A DNA stretch of 64,000 nt from Candidatus Micrarchaeota archaeon (GTDB lineage Archaea; Micrarchaeota; Micrarchaeia; Anstonellales; Bilamarchaeaceae), in NCBI GenBank assembly GCA_016926175.1, contig JAFGPA010000001.1, positions 977-64,976 of the forward strand, given 5' to 3'. The notes under the pieces are model-generated. The model did not search any database. It was not told where the DNA came from and saw only the letters and a list, made by a program, of their open reading frames with translations. Below, piece after piece: positions 18,344 to 26,490 of the stretch. The translations under genes and the position numbers were made by a program. The number at the start of each line of letters is the position of its first letter. Within the stretch, counting starts at the first letter, position 1.

Positions 18344-18601
18344 ATGGAATTGAATGTTATAGCACAGATTAAAATTTATGTTGATGATCCTGCCTCGATA
18401 GACAGTGTAAAGAAAGAGATAGAGGGAATAGTCAAAGTCCAGAAGTTCTGGGAAGAAGAAGTTGGCTTTGGGATCAAGGCTCTGAAAGCATCAGTACTTC
18501 TTGCTGACTCAGAGGAAGGAGGAATGGAAAAAGTTGAACAGCAGATCACTGCACTGGAGCATGTAAGCCAGATGGAAGTTGAATCTGTAGAGCGGGTGTA
18601 A
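18344..18601 (+). CDS. ef1b: translation elongation factor aEF-1 beta
   Basis: ATG 18344 is preceded by AGGTG. MELNVIAQIKIYVDDP...EEEVGFGIKALK...VESVERV matches the roughly 89-aa aEF-1beta fold family. Confidence 0.85.
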   Translation: MELNVIAQIKIYVDDPASIDSVKKEIEGIVKVQKFWEEEVGFGIKALKASVLLADSEEGGMEKVEQQITALEHVSQMEVESVERV

Positions 18602-18603
18602 TC

Positions 18604-19170
18604 ATGGTCAAGAAAGTTGAAAAAGAAAAAAAACCGAAGAAGAAACCGGCAAAAAAAGAACCCGGAGAAGAAAAAGAAAACTTCAGGGGCATAGTGCGTA
18701 TTGCAGGGAAGGATGTCAAGGGCCAGAAAAAACTTTTGAATTCACTTCTCCATGTGAAGGGAATCGGACATTCTGTTGCTGTTTCAGCATCAAAAGCAAT
18801 TGAAAGAGAACTTAAAATCGACCCCAATATCCCTGTCGGTGAACTCACTGAAAAACAGGTTGAGGATATAGATAAAATACTATTTGATCTGAAAAGTTAC
18901 AATGTTCCACGATTTATGCTCAACAGGAGAGGGGATTTCAATACCGGGACTGACAGACATGTGATAATGAATGATCTTATTTTCGATATGAGCCAGGATG
19001 TTGACAGGGAAAAGAAACTCTTCAGCTGGAAAGGATTCAGGCACACATTTGGACAAAAGGTCCGTGGGCAAAAAACAAGGAATACCGGAAGACATGGAAT
19101 GGCAGTCGGTGTATTAAGGAAATCCATAATTGCAGCAACAGGCGCAAAAAAGCCTGAAGCAAAGAAGTGA
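18604..19170 (+). CDS. rps13: 30S ribosomal protein S13 (uS13) with a Lys-rich N-terminal extension
   Basis: FRGIVRIAGKDVKGQKKLLNSLLHVKGIGHSVA is the uS13 core. It is preceded by MVKKVEKEKKPKKKPAKKEPGEEKEN. Confidence 0.95.
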   Translation: MVKKVEKEKKPKKKPAKKEPGEEKENFRGIVRIAGKDVKGQKKLLNSLLHVKGIGHSVAVSASKAIERELKIDPNIPVGELTEKQVEDIDKILFDLKSYNVPRFMLNRRGDFNTGTDRHVIMNDLIFDMSQDVDREKKLFSWKGFRHTFGQKVRGQKTRNTGRHGMAVGVLRKSIIAATGAKKPEAKK

Positions 19171-19174
19171 TGGT

Positions 19175-19720
19175 ATGGGAGATCCAAGAAGATTAAGAAA
19201 CAAATATGAACGGCCCAAGAAACTTTGGGATGAAGATAGAATCACTCACGACAAAACACTTAAGATAGAATATGGACTTAAAAACATGGCCGAACTCTGG
19301 AGAGCAACTGCCGAACTTAAGAAATACAGAAGGGAGGCAAGAAGGCTTCTCGCACTTACTGAAGAAGAAAGAAAACTGGATTCGGTAAAGATAATTACCA
19401 AGCTTGTAAAGAGAGGGATTCTCAAGCAAGGTTCTGACATTAACGACGTTCTTTCACTTGAAGTAAGATCTATTCTTGAAAGAAGGCTTCAGACAATTGT
19501 AACCCGCAAGGGGCTTGCAAGGACAATGAGGCAGTCAAGACAGCTTATCACCCATGGCTATGTAGGCCTCAAAGGCAGAAGGGTGACAAGGCCCGGAATT
19601 ATGGTTGATCTTTCTGACGAATCACACATAAATTATACCCGCCAGATTGATATATCTGTAAGGGACGAAGTTAAGGAAAACCAGGAGCCTGAAAAAGAAA
19701 AATCTCCGGCTTCATCGTAG
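19175..19720 (+). CDS. rps4: 30S ribosomal protein S4 (uS4)
   Basis: [19 protein letters not shown]...[11 protein letters not shown]... Start chosen at ATG 19175, just after the S13 stop. Confidence 0.95.
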   Translation: MGDPRRLRNKYERPKKLWDEDRITHDKTLKIEYGLKNMAELWRATAELKKYRREARRLLALTEEERKLDSVKIITKLVKRGILKQGSDINDVLSLEVRSILERRLQTIVTRKGLARTMRQSRQLITHGYVGLKGRRVTRPGIMVDLSDESHINYTRQIDISVRDEVKENQEPEKEKSPASS

Positions 19721-19728
19721 GTGTGTTC

Positions 19729-20250
19729 ATGACAAAAAAAGAAAAAACTGAAGAAGCTCCCAAGGAAGCGCCTGTTAAGGATGCTCCGAAAGAGGAAGCT
19801 CCGAAAGAAGAAACCCCAAAAGAAGAGGTTCAGCCGCAAGCAGAAGAACTCAAAAAGAAGCCTAAGAAAACAAGGCTTGCAGTGATCCATGTTTACTCGT
19901 CAAAGAATGATACCATCATTACAGCGACTGATGTAAGCGGCGCAGAAACACTTGCATGGGCAAGTGGCGGCATGGTTGTCAAATCCCACCGGGAAGAAGG
20001 AAGGCCATATGCTGCAATGCAGGCTGCAATAAGGGTGGTGAACAACCTGAAAGATAAAGGAGTTACCCATGTTCATGTGAAAATCAGGGCTCCGGGTGGT
20101 GTCGGCCTTAAAACTCCGGGAGCAGGCGCTCAGGCGGTTGTCAGAACAATCGCAAGAACTGGCGTCAGAATAGGAAGAATCGAGGATGTTACACCGCTGC
20201 CAACTGACTCTATGAAGAGAAAAGGCGGAAGAAGAGGAAGGAGACTATGA
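19729..20250 (+). CDS. rps11: 30S ribosomal protein S11 (uS11) with an APKE-repeat N-terminal extension
   Basis: The core is [21 protein letters not shown]...GGMVVK...[24 protein letters not shown]. About 45 aa of K/E/P-rich sequence lies upstream of it. Confidence 0.95.
   Translation: MTKKEKTEEAPKEAPVKDAPKEEAPKEETPKEEVQPQAEELKKKPKKTRLAVIHVYSSKNDTIITATDVSGAETLAWASGGMVVKSHREEGRPYAAMQAAIRVVNNLKDKGVTHVHVKIRAPGGVGLKTPGAGAQAVVRTIARTGVRIGRIEDVTPLPTDSMKRKGGRRGRRL
19753..19827 (+). repeat. imperfect 15-nt tandem repeat (x5) encoding (A/T)PKEE units in the uS11 N-terminus
   Basis: The units are gctcccaaggaa, gcgcctgttaaggat, gctccgaaagaggaa, gctccgaaagaagaa and accccaaaagaagag. Confidence 0.7.
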
Positions 20251-20816
20251 AGCTCGTTCTCGACAAAAAACATGAAAACCGGATTGAATTTCTTGCATCG
20301 GACGTTCAGATTGAGTTTGCCAACATGATAAGGAGATACACCATCTCCCGCGTTCCAGTACTTGCAATCGACAATGTAACCTTCTATGACAATACCTCTG
20401 CATTCTGGGATGAATATATAAGCCACAGACTTGGCCTGTTGCCTGTCATAACACCTGAAAAGCTTCCGAAAAATGCAGAAATCCTCTTTTCCCTTGATGC
20501 AGAAGGCCCGAAGACGGTTTACACGGCCGACTTCACAAGCACTGATGAGGAAATCAAAGTGGCAAAAAACAACATACCAATCGCAACCCTTGGTCCGCAG
20601 CAAAGACTGCGTTTAGAAGGCAAGGCAGTGCTTGGAACAGCAACCACGCATGCCAAATTCCAGGCAGGGCTGGTGGGCTATGGAGAAGAAGAAAAAGGCC
20701 TGCGAATGTTTGTTGAAAGTTTCTTCCAGATGCAGCCTTCTGAAGTTCTCATCCGCGGGTGCAATTCAATTATTTCTGATCTGAACGATCTGGAATCTGC
20801 ACTCAAGAAAAAATAA
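20247..20816 (+). CDS. rpoD: DNA-directed RNA polymerase subunit D (Rpo3)
   Basis: [44 protein letters not shown] is present. The gene follows S13-S4-S11 as in the conserved archaeal operon, with an ATGA overlap with S11. Confidence 0.85.
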   Translation: MKLVLDKKHENRIEFLASDVQIEFANMIRRYTISRVPVLAIDNVTFYDNTSAFWDEYISHRLGLLPVITPEKLPKNAEILFSLDAEGPKTVYTADFTSTDEEIKVAKNNIPIATLGPQQRLRLEGKAVLGTATTHAKFQAGLVGYGEEEKGLRMFVESFFQMQPSEVLIRGCNSIISDLNDLESALKKK

Positions 20817-20825
20817 TTCTTTTGC

Positions 20826-20958
20826 CATGGGGGTTTTCCTCATGCTATCACAATAATACGCAGGGGTGGCAGCATAGCTGAACGTCGATACGTTCATCAA
20901 ACTGCCACTGTCATGGGGTTTTTCCTCATGCTATCACAATAATACGCAGGGGTGGCAG
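20826..20958. repeat. two direct copies of a 47-bp segment (20826-20872 and 20912-20958) covering the 5' flank plus the first 13 nt of tRNA-Leu
   Basis: catggggGttttcctcatgctatcacaataatacGCAGGGGTGGCAG versus catggggTttttcc...GCAGGGGTGGCAG. There is one mismatch. The spacer is 39 nt. Confidence 0.9.
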
Positions 20959-21079
20959 AGCCTGGTCAAATGCGCTAGATTGAGGACACCTCTTTTGGGC
21001 TGCCTAAAGAGATGCACCCTAAAGGTGGCGAAAGTCTAGTCGGTTAGTCCGTGCGAGAGTTCGAATCTCTTCCCCTGCA
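20946..21079 (+). tRNA. tRNA-Leu(GAG), class II, with an intron of about 48 nt in the anticodon loop
   Basis: Acceptor GCAGGGG/CCCCTGC plus discriminator A. D stem GCA/TGC with loop GAGCCTGGTCAAA. Anticodon stem CTAGA/TCTAG with loop TTGAGG|20986-21033|G. Long variable arm. T arm GAGAG-TTCGAAT-CTCTT. Confidence 0.85.
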
Positions 21080-21081
21080 TA

Positions 21082-21336
21082 CTACTTCAAGTTCAGGTCT
21101 CGCCATGGAACGTCGAAACGTTCCATGCGCACCATGTTCCATGGGAACATGATTGTCCCGAGTTGGGCCTTTTCTTTCTCCTCTGCGCTGATTGCCTTGA
21201 AATCGAACTTTCCTTTCCTGAAAATGAGGATGTGCTCGTAGATGTTGTTTGGGTAATAGTACATCGGATAGGGATGCTGAAAAAGCCATTTATTCTCATT
21301 TAATACGAGCCCGGATTTCGGAGTATATAATTCCAC
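21082..21336 (-). pseudogene. probable fragment of an N4/N6 DNA methyltransferase
   Basis: 84 aa with a GTG start. NKWLFQHPYP...NNIYEHILIFRKG resembles the IIWxK...yEhilvFsK region of beta-class MTases. Both the DPPY motif and the AdoMet-binding motif are absent. It abuts the tRNA-Leu 3' end. Confidence 0.35.
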
Positions 21337-21351
21337 TTTGCTTCTTCAACA

Positions 21352-22485
21352 TCAAAGAGACCCGAAAATAAACCCCGCAACGGTGGAAAGCATGATCACA
21401 ATGGATATATACGCTGCAGTCATCCTTGTTCCGATTACGCCTCTTATCACAAGCATGTTCGGCAGGCTCAGGGAAGGTCCGGCAAGAAGCAGCGAAAGTG
21501 CGGGTCCGGAAGCCATTCCCTTTGCCATCAGAATCTGCAGTATTGGTATCTCGGTGAGAGTGGAGAAGTACATGAATGCGCCAAAGACTGCTGCAACCAG
21601 GTTACCCTGGACCGTGTTTTGCCCGACCATCCCCACCACGAGTTCCTCAGGAAGAAGTGGCATGATGAAGCCTGCTGCAAAAACACCGATGAAAAGAAGG
21701 GGAAGGATTATTTTTGCGACTTCCCATGTTTCTTCAAGCCATTTTTTTGCTATATGATCATGCAGTTTCCAGAGTGTAATTCCAGCCACCCCGAGGGCAA
21801 ATGCCCCCATGGCCGAATATTTGATGAGTGGATCTATCTGGAGGCCATTGACAATCAGGACGCCGAGCATGAGTCCGAAGAATAAGACAAGAATCTTTGT
21901 GGAAACGACCTCTTTCCCGTGCTCTTCCAGCATCATTTTCCCCCCATCATCCTTTTCACGGAAGAGAAAGGCCATCATGAGCCCTGCAAGCATCGCAATT
22001 CCTATTGATGCAACTGCCCTTGCCAGCCCTATTTCATAGCCCAGAACCGAGAAGGTGAGGAAGATTGCAGCAATGTTTATCGCAGGCCCGGCAAACAGAA
22101 ACGTTATCGCAGGGCCGAGACCGGCACCGTTCTTCCTGATGCCGGCAAAAAGGGGAAGGATGGTACATGAGCAAACCGCAAGCACTGCCCCGGATACGGA
22201 TGCGGCAGCATAAGCCACTCGCTTATCCGCTTCGCGCCCCAGGTATTTCAGGACACTCTCCTTTTTTATGAAAACAGTTATCGCCCCTGCAATGAAGAGC
22301 GCAGGGATAAGGCAGGTGAGGATGTGCTCTTTCGCATATTCGCCAAGCAGTTCTATGCCGCCTGAAACCGATTTGCCAAGCCAGCCGTAGCTTTCCGGAA
22401 AGGCGGCTGAGTCCGCGGGTAAGAAGTAGAATGCCAGGAAGACTGCGATTATGGCTCCTAAAAGCAACTTATCCCCATTTTCCAT
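21352..22485 (-). CDS. COG0701/DUF318 permease (ArsP-like, vicinal Cys pair)
   Basis: 377 aa, about 10 TM segments. The LAVCSCTILPLFAGI motif is characteristic of this permease family. Confidence 0.8.
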   Translation of the reverse strand: MENGDKLLLGAIIAVFLAFYFLPADSAAFPESYGWLGKSVSGGIELLGEYAKEHILTCLIPALFIAGAITVFIKKESVLKYLGREADKRVAYAAASVSGAVLAVCSCTILPLFAGIRKNGAGLGPAITFLFAGPAINIAAIFLTFSVLGYEIGLARAVASIGIAMLAGLMMAFLFREKDDGGKMMLEEHGKEVVSTKILVLFFGLMLGVLIVNGLQIDPLIKYSAMGAFALGVAGITLWKLHDHIAKKWLEETWEVAKIILPLLFIGVFAAGFIMPLLPEELVVGMVGQNTVQGNLVAAVFGAFMYFSTLTEIPILQILMAKGMASGPALSLLLAGPSLSLPNMLVIRGVIGTRMTAAYISIVIMLSTVAGFIFGSL

Positions 22486-22486
22486 A

Positions 22487-23206
22487 TCATATCCCTCCCA
22501 AGGTTATATCCAATGTATAATAAGCTCCAACAAGCAGAAAAATGGCCGCAACGACGCGCCTCATCATCCTCTCGATGGCCTGAACCCGGCCCATCACGGT
22601 TCCGAGAGTCGAGACGCTGTGGACAAGGAGCAGCGAAGAAAGAATGACTGGAAGGCCGGTCGCGAAAGCGAAGATCGAAGGAATAAGTATTCCGTCCCTG
22701 CTTGCAATCGCAAGGGGGAGGAGCATCCCGAAAAAAAGCACTGCACTAAAGGGACAGAATGCGAGAGCGAACAACACGCCGAGCAAAAAGCTTCCTGCAA
22801 GCCCTTTTTTTGAGAGACTTTCCTTAAGGCCTTCAAGCCTCCTGCTTTCGCCCCAGGCTTTGATTTTTATAATGTCAAGCATCACAATTCCTATGATGAG
22901 GAGAAGGGGGCCAAGGAGGATCTCACCGTATTTCTGCAGCCCAAGCGCAACCATCTGGACATTCACTCCAAACCAGACGATGAGCGAGGCGAGGGCGACA
23001 TATGTCAGGGTGCGCCCCAGAGTATAACTAAACCCCACCAGGAGGGTTTTCTTCCCATGCTCAAGGTTTTTGGAGATGTATGCGATTGCAGTTATGTTCG
23101 TTGCCATCGGGCAGGGGCTGATAGCCATCATGATTCCTATGAAGAATGCTGCGATTATGGGGATATCACTGGTACCCATTGCTTCCAGGAAGTTCATCAG
23201 TCCCAT
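22487..23206 (-). CDS. CcdA/DsbD-family thiol-disulfide transmembrane electron transporter
   Basis: 6 TM segments. The AISPCPMATN motif is in TM1 and FALAFCPFSAV in a later TM, giving the paired Cys of DsbD-beta-like proteins. Confidence 0.75.
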   Translation of the reverse strand: MGLMNFLEAMGTSDIPIIAAFFIGIMMAISPCPMATNITAIAYISKNLEHGKKTLLVGFSYTLGRTLTYVALASLIVWFGVNVQMVALGLQKYGEILLGPLLLIIGIVMLDIIKIKAWGESRRLEGLKESLSKKGLAGSFLLGVLFALAFCPFSAVLFFGMLLPLAIASRDGILIPSIFAFATGLPVILSSLLLVHSVSTLGTVMGRVQAIERMMRRVVAAIFLLVGAYYTLDITLGGI

Positions 23207-23210
23207 ATTT

Positions 23211-23714
23211 TTAAACCTCCTGCAGTTTTTTCTCCAGGACCCCTTTCAGATATTTCATATATTCTTCCTTATTGCCGATCTTGTACCAGACCATGACGTT
23301 TTCTTCCTTCCGGAAACCTTCACCGGAATAGACGCCTATGAACAGGGAAGAGCCTGTCACCCCGTATTTGGCGACCTTTACCTGGTTTTCCGGAAGCTCC
23401 CCGTTTATGTGGGCAAAGGAAAGTTTTCCTTCCTCCACCTCTTTTGAGAAATATGTTCTTATTGTTTCTTCGGCGTACTGCCCCATTGTTATGCATGAAT
23501 AGCACTGGTGCGTTCCATGGAAATGTATCACTTCGACCAGCGGGGCCGTGGTTCCTGCGGTGTTTTGGATGCTTTGCCCGACAACGGTTGCCCCGTCAGT
23601 TTCCCTTAGGGTTTCACTTTCCCCGAAACTGCTTCCATCACCGACACATCCGGCAAGCAGCATGCCGATGAACAGTGCAAGCAAAACAAACCAGTTTTTC
23701 ATTTTTCCAGCCAT
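23211..23714 (-). CDS. lipoprotein with a thioredoxin-like CxxC motif
   Basis: Lipobox LLAGC. HFHGTHQCYSCITMG carries the CxxC. It overlaps the upstream trx-like gene by 16 nt. Confidence 0.6.
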   Translation of the reverse strand: MAGKMKNWFVLLALFIGMLLAGCVGDGSSFGESETLRETDGATVVGQSIQNTAGTTAPLVEVIHFHGTHQCYSCITMGQYAEETIRTYFSKEVEEGKLSFAHINGELPENQVKVAKYGVTGSSLFIGVYSGEGFRKEENVMVWYKIGNKEEYMKYLKGVLEKKLQEV

Positions 23715-23932
23715 TTTTTTATCTCTTCTGCATCTGGAATGCGCCCGTATGCCCGGACTTCACCATCCACCACAATTGCAGGTGTGGACATCACTCCATA
23801 TTCTACGATTTTGCCTATGTCGGTTACCTTTGTGATTTCCGCGCCAATACCGAGCTCTGCAGCCGCCTTCCTGGCGTTCTCTTCCAGCATTTTGCATTTT
23901 GGGCATCCTGTCCCGAGAATTTCAATTTTCAT
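23699..23932 (-). CDS. small thioredoxin-fold protein (redox-active disulfide protein 2 family)
   Basis: 77 aa. MKIEILGTGCPKCKMLEENA...STPAIVVDGEV. Confidence 0.85.
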   Translation of the reverse strand: MKIEILGTGCPKCKMLEENARKAAAELGIGAEITKVTDIGKIVEYGVMSTPAIVVDGEVRAYGRIPDAEEIKKWLEK

Positions 23933-23964
23933 TTTGCCACCTCACATTTTCATTGTTGCATTGT

Positions 23965-23976
23965 AGTTTCGAAACT
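23965..23976. promoter_or_regulatory. perfect 12-bp palindrome AGTTTCGAAACT in the divergent trx/arsR intergenic region, a candidate ArsR operator
   Basis: It is self-complementary and lies between the start codons at 23932 (-) and 24027 (+). Confidence 0.3.
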
Positions 23977-24026
23977 TCTGTTATTAGTTGTGGGGACAAA
24001 GCATTTAATAATTTACGCCCATCAAT

Positions 24027-24341
24027 ATGTTCATGAGAAAACACAGCTTCCGGCCAGCAGAATTCTTAAAGGCAATTGGCGACGATACGCGTTTTTCCAT
24101 ACTGGAGTTTCTTCTTGACGGGAAAAAATGCGTGTGCGAGATATTTCCTCATGTGAAAAAATCCCAGTCCACTGTATCAATCCATCTTTCGAAGCTGGAG
24201 GCCGCGGGGATACTGACGTCGAAAAGGGAGGGGAAAAAGGTTTTTTACCAGATAGCAGATTCCCGCGTGTGCGACATTTTCAAGGCATTGGGCTACAGGA
24301 GGGGAAAATGTTTGAAAAGCAAGTGCTGCATGGCGGGGTGA
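24027..24341 (+). CDS. arsR: ArsR/SmtB family transcriptional repressor
   Basis: LKAIGDDTRFSILEFLLDGKKCVCEI...QSTVSIHLSKLEAAGIL. The CVC motif sits at the ArsR metalloid-binding position. Confidence 0.85.
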   Translation: MFMRKHSFRPAEFLKAIGDDTRFSILEFLLDGKKCVCEIFPHVKKSQSTVSIHLSKLEAAGILTSKREGKKVFYQIADSRVCDIFKALGYRRGKCLKSKCCMAG

Positions 24342-24442
24342 GGGCATGGCAGATGATAAAACATTTCCGGCATAGCGGTTTCATTTTATCGGCTGAATAT
24401 CCAATCCTATGATTTATTTTCCTAAACCTATTTGGTTTATAT

Positions 24443-24476
24443 GGCTACAAAACACTTGATTTTACATTTTGTAGCC
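24443..24476. terminator. 10-bp perfect hairpin between convergent genes
   Basis: GGCTACAAAA-14 nt-TTTTGTAGCC lies between arsR (ends 24341) and the ATPase gene (ends 24510). Confidence 0.3.
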
Positions 24477-24509
24477 GTAAGGCCACACTTCAAAACGATA
24501 GCGGAACTG

Positions 24510-25928
24510 CTACTTCAGGAATATCCTTTCAAGTTCCTTCAGGTTATAAAGGATGATGTCCTCCGAAGCCAGCTTTTTTCTGAATGATTTTGCAAAAATG
24601 GCGTAAATCTCCCTTCTTTTTCCCAGATTCCACGGCATCAATGCCGCCTTTGCCTTCAAACCCTTCAAAACAGCATCGGCATCTACGTTATCTCTCCACT
24701 TGCACTCTCCGAACAGTATCGTCTTGCTTTCAGCATTCAGGGAAACAATGTCAATCTCTGCTGTCTTTCGTTCCCCTTCCTCGCGATAGGCGCCCCACCA
24801 TCTGCCAACCTCTGCCGCACCAATAGGGTTTACGATTCTTAGAGCCTCGCTGCAGACCTGTTCGAATTGCCTCCCGACGTAAGAGTTGAAATTCTGCAAT
24901 AGATTCTTCCCAAACTGTTCGAACTTAAACGAGTCCAGCTCCTTCTTGAAGGGATAAACGAACTGGAACCAAAACTTGAAGTAATTGTCTTTGAGAGCAT
25001 AACTCGTTTTTCTGCTTTTCTCCTCTGCCGTTACTGGTTTTTGCCCTTCTATGAGGTCGAGTTCAATCAGAGTGTCAATATACCTCACAATAGCAGTTCT
25101 TTCGATGCCTATCGCATTCGAAATCTCATTCAGGGTGTTTCTGCCGGCGTTTATTTCCCTTAGAATGGAGAAATAGGTTTTCGGCTCTCGCAGTTCTTCT
25201 TTCAGTATGATGTCGACTTCCTGGTAAAGGATTGATCCGCGGGAGGCCATTACCAGTTTGGCATTCTCCCGTACACTTTTCTTTGGGTCTAATTCCAGTA
25301 TGTAGAGCGGTATGCCGCCAGCCATTGAGTAAAATTCCACAAGTTTTTCGAAAGCAAGGCCCGGATAGAATTTTGTGAATTCCTTGAATGGGAGGGGATC
25401 AACCTTCCATTGGCCAGTTCTCCTCCCGTAGAGAGGGCTCTTACGCCCAAGTACTTCTGTTTCCATTGCACCGATGCTTGAACCGCATAAAATCAGGGTG
25501 AGTCCTTTGGCTTTCAGATGTTCATCCCAGGATTTCTGGATTATGGAAGGAATGGCCTTGTTGGAATCTACGAGATAAGGAAACTCATCTATGATTAGTA
25601 TAGTTCCGCTTAAATTCTTCCCTTCTAGATACTCTGTCAGTTGGGCGAAGCTTTCAAATGGATTCAGATCCAGGGTGTTATCACCAAAATGCGCCGCAAT
25701 ATCTTTCGAGAAGTCTGCAACGAGTTCTTTTTCGACCTCCTGGGTCGCAAGAAGGTATATCGCCTTCCTGTTCCTTATGAAGTGTTTCAGGAGTTCGGAT
25801 TTGCCCACTCTTCTTCGCCCGTAAATCACTATGAAGGCAGCACCCTTTGCAGCCTGCCTCTCCAGAAAAGCGAGTTCATTTTCCCTGTTTATAAATTGTA
25901 TGAACGTGTTCATAATGTTCTTCTGCAT
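24510..25928 (-). CDS. archaeal ATPase (Arch_ATPase/AAA) with a DUF234 C-terminal domain
   Basis: FINRENELAFL...VIYGRRRVGKSELL (Walker A), IIDEFPYL (Walker B), and a C-terminal EIDIV...GECKW nuclease-like DUF234 signature. Confidence 0.85.
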   Translation of the reverse strand: MQKNIMNTFIQFINRENELAFLERQAAKGAAFIVIYGRRRVGKSELLKHFIRNRKAIYLLATQEVEKELVADFSKDIAAHFGDNTLDLNPFESFAQLTEYLEGKNLSGTILIIDEFPYLVDSNKAIPSIIQKSWDEHLKAKGLTLILCGSSIGAMETEVLGRKSPLYGRRTGQWKVDPLPFKEFTKFYPGLAFEKLVEFYSMAGGIPLYILELDPKKSVRENAKLVMASRGSILYQEVDIILKEELREPKTYFSILREINAGRNTLNEISNAIGIERTAIVRYIDTLIELDLIEGQKPVTAEEKSRKTSYALKDNYFKFWFQFVYPFKKELDSFKFEQFGKNLLQNFNSYVGRQFEQVCSEALRIVNPIGAAEVGRWWGAYREEGERKTAEIDIVSLNAESKTILFGECKWRDNVDADAVLKGLKAKAALMPWNLGKRREIYAIFAKSFRKKLASEDIILYNLKELERIFLK

Positions 25929-25949
25929 ACAAATATTTATTAAGCTTTC

Positions 25950-26100
25950 TTACCAGAGGCGCCCTCGGTTTGGGGGTCAAAGGTGTTCCTAAAACCTTAA
26001 GTCCAATGCAGTTCATGAGAGTCGAACCTCGAAGTTCGGGACCGTTATTGCAAGAGGCAAACTCAAGGAGACCATTCAAGGCATTTTCAGACAGGCAGAC
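25950..26100 (-). pseudogene. possible remnant of an rve-type (DDE) integrase/transposase core
   Basis: The minus-strand frame reads LLEFASCNNGPELRGSTLMNCIGLKVLGTPLTPKPRAP. It resembles the sDNGpEF...lGI...s.P..Pq block of rve domains. There is no intact ORF. Confidence 0.3.
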
Positions 26101-26244
26101 ACAAAGAATAGGGCGAGTGCTAAGGGGGCTGATTTTGGACCTTTATCGAATAGAAAATGCCCGAAAAACCGCTGGATTTTGAGGTCTTGAAAAGGCCCTC
26201 TTAAACGGTTAGGGGGGTTACTTTAAATTACGTTAAATTTAAAG

Positions 26245-26490
26245 TTATTTAACGTTTTCCAGTTCGTAATACACCCCCGGACTTTGCCGGGTTTCCTCCT
26301 GTTTTATAAGTTCATTAAGATCATTGACCGCAATTGGTTTTGATATCCCGACCAGTTTTGCGTATTGCGACGCCTTGGCTACAAAATCATTCTGAAGATG
26401 TTTTACAAGTGGCTTAAGGGCAAAGTTTTCAGTTATCCGCCGAAACTGCAATGAAAGCTTTAAAGATGTTAAATCTAAATGTGCTATCAA
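26245..26490 (-). CDS. small HTH-containing ORF, possibly a gene fragment
   Basis: 81 aa. QYAKLVGISKPIAVNDLNELIKQ...GVYYELE resembles the C-terminal wHTH of Fic/AAA-type regulators. The N-terminal part looks non-native. Confidence 0.35.
   Translation of the reverse strand: MIAHLDLTSLKLSLQFRRITENFALKPLVKHLQNDFVAKASQYAKLVGISKPIAVNDLNELIKQEETRQSPGVYYELENVK

Noticed and set aside
20247-20816. The short length (189 aa) of RpoD, considered as a possible domain loss.
   Set aside because: From memory, D subunits of about 190 aa occur in some methanogens (for example Methanocaldococcus). The length is therefore not clearly unusual.
21352-24341. An apparent GC enrichment of the redox/permease cassette (hand counts of single 60-nt lines gave about 50-60%).
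   Set aside because: Hand counts of lines in atpA/atpB and other core genes also gave about 50%. I cannot claim a compositional anomaly without a proper windowed calculation.
26017-26031. GAGAGTCGAACCTCG resembles the tRNA-Leu T arm (GAGAGTTCGAATCTC). I considered it as a distal att repeat or tRNA fragment for the putative island.
   Set aside because: Only about 14 of 16 positions match, with an indel. No acceptor or other arm is nearby. The segment falls inside the rve-like reading frame (GSTLMN), so it is likely coincidental.
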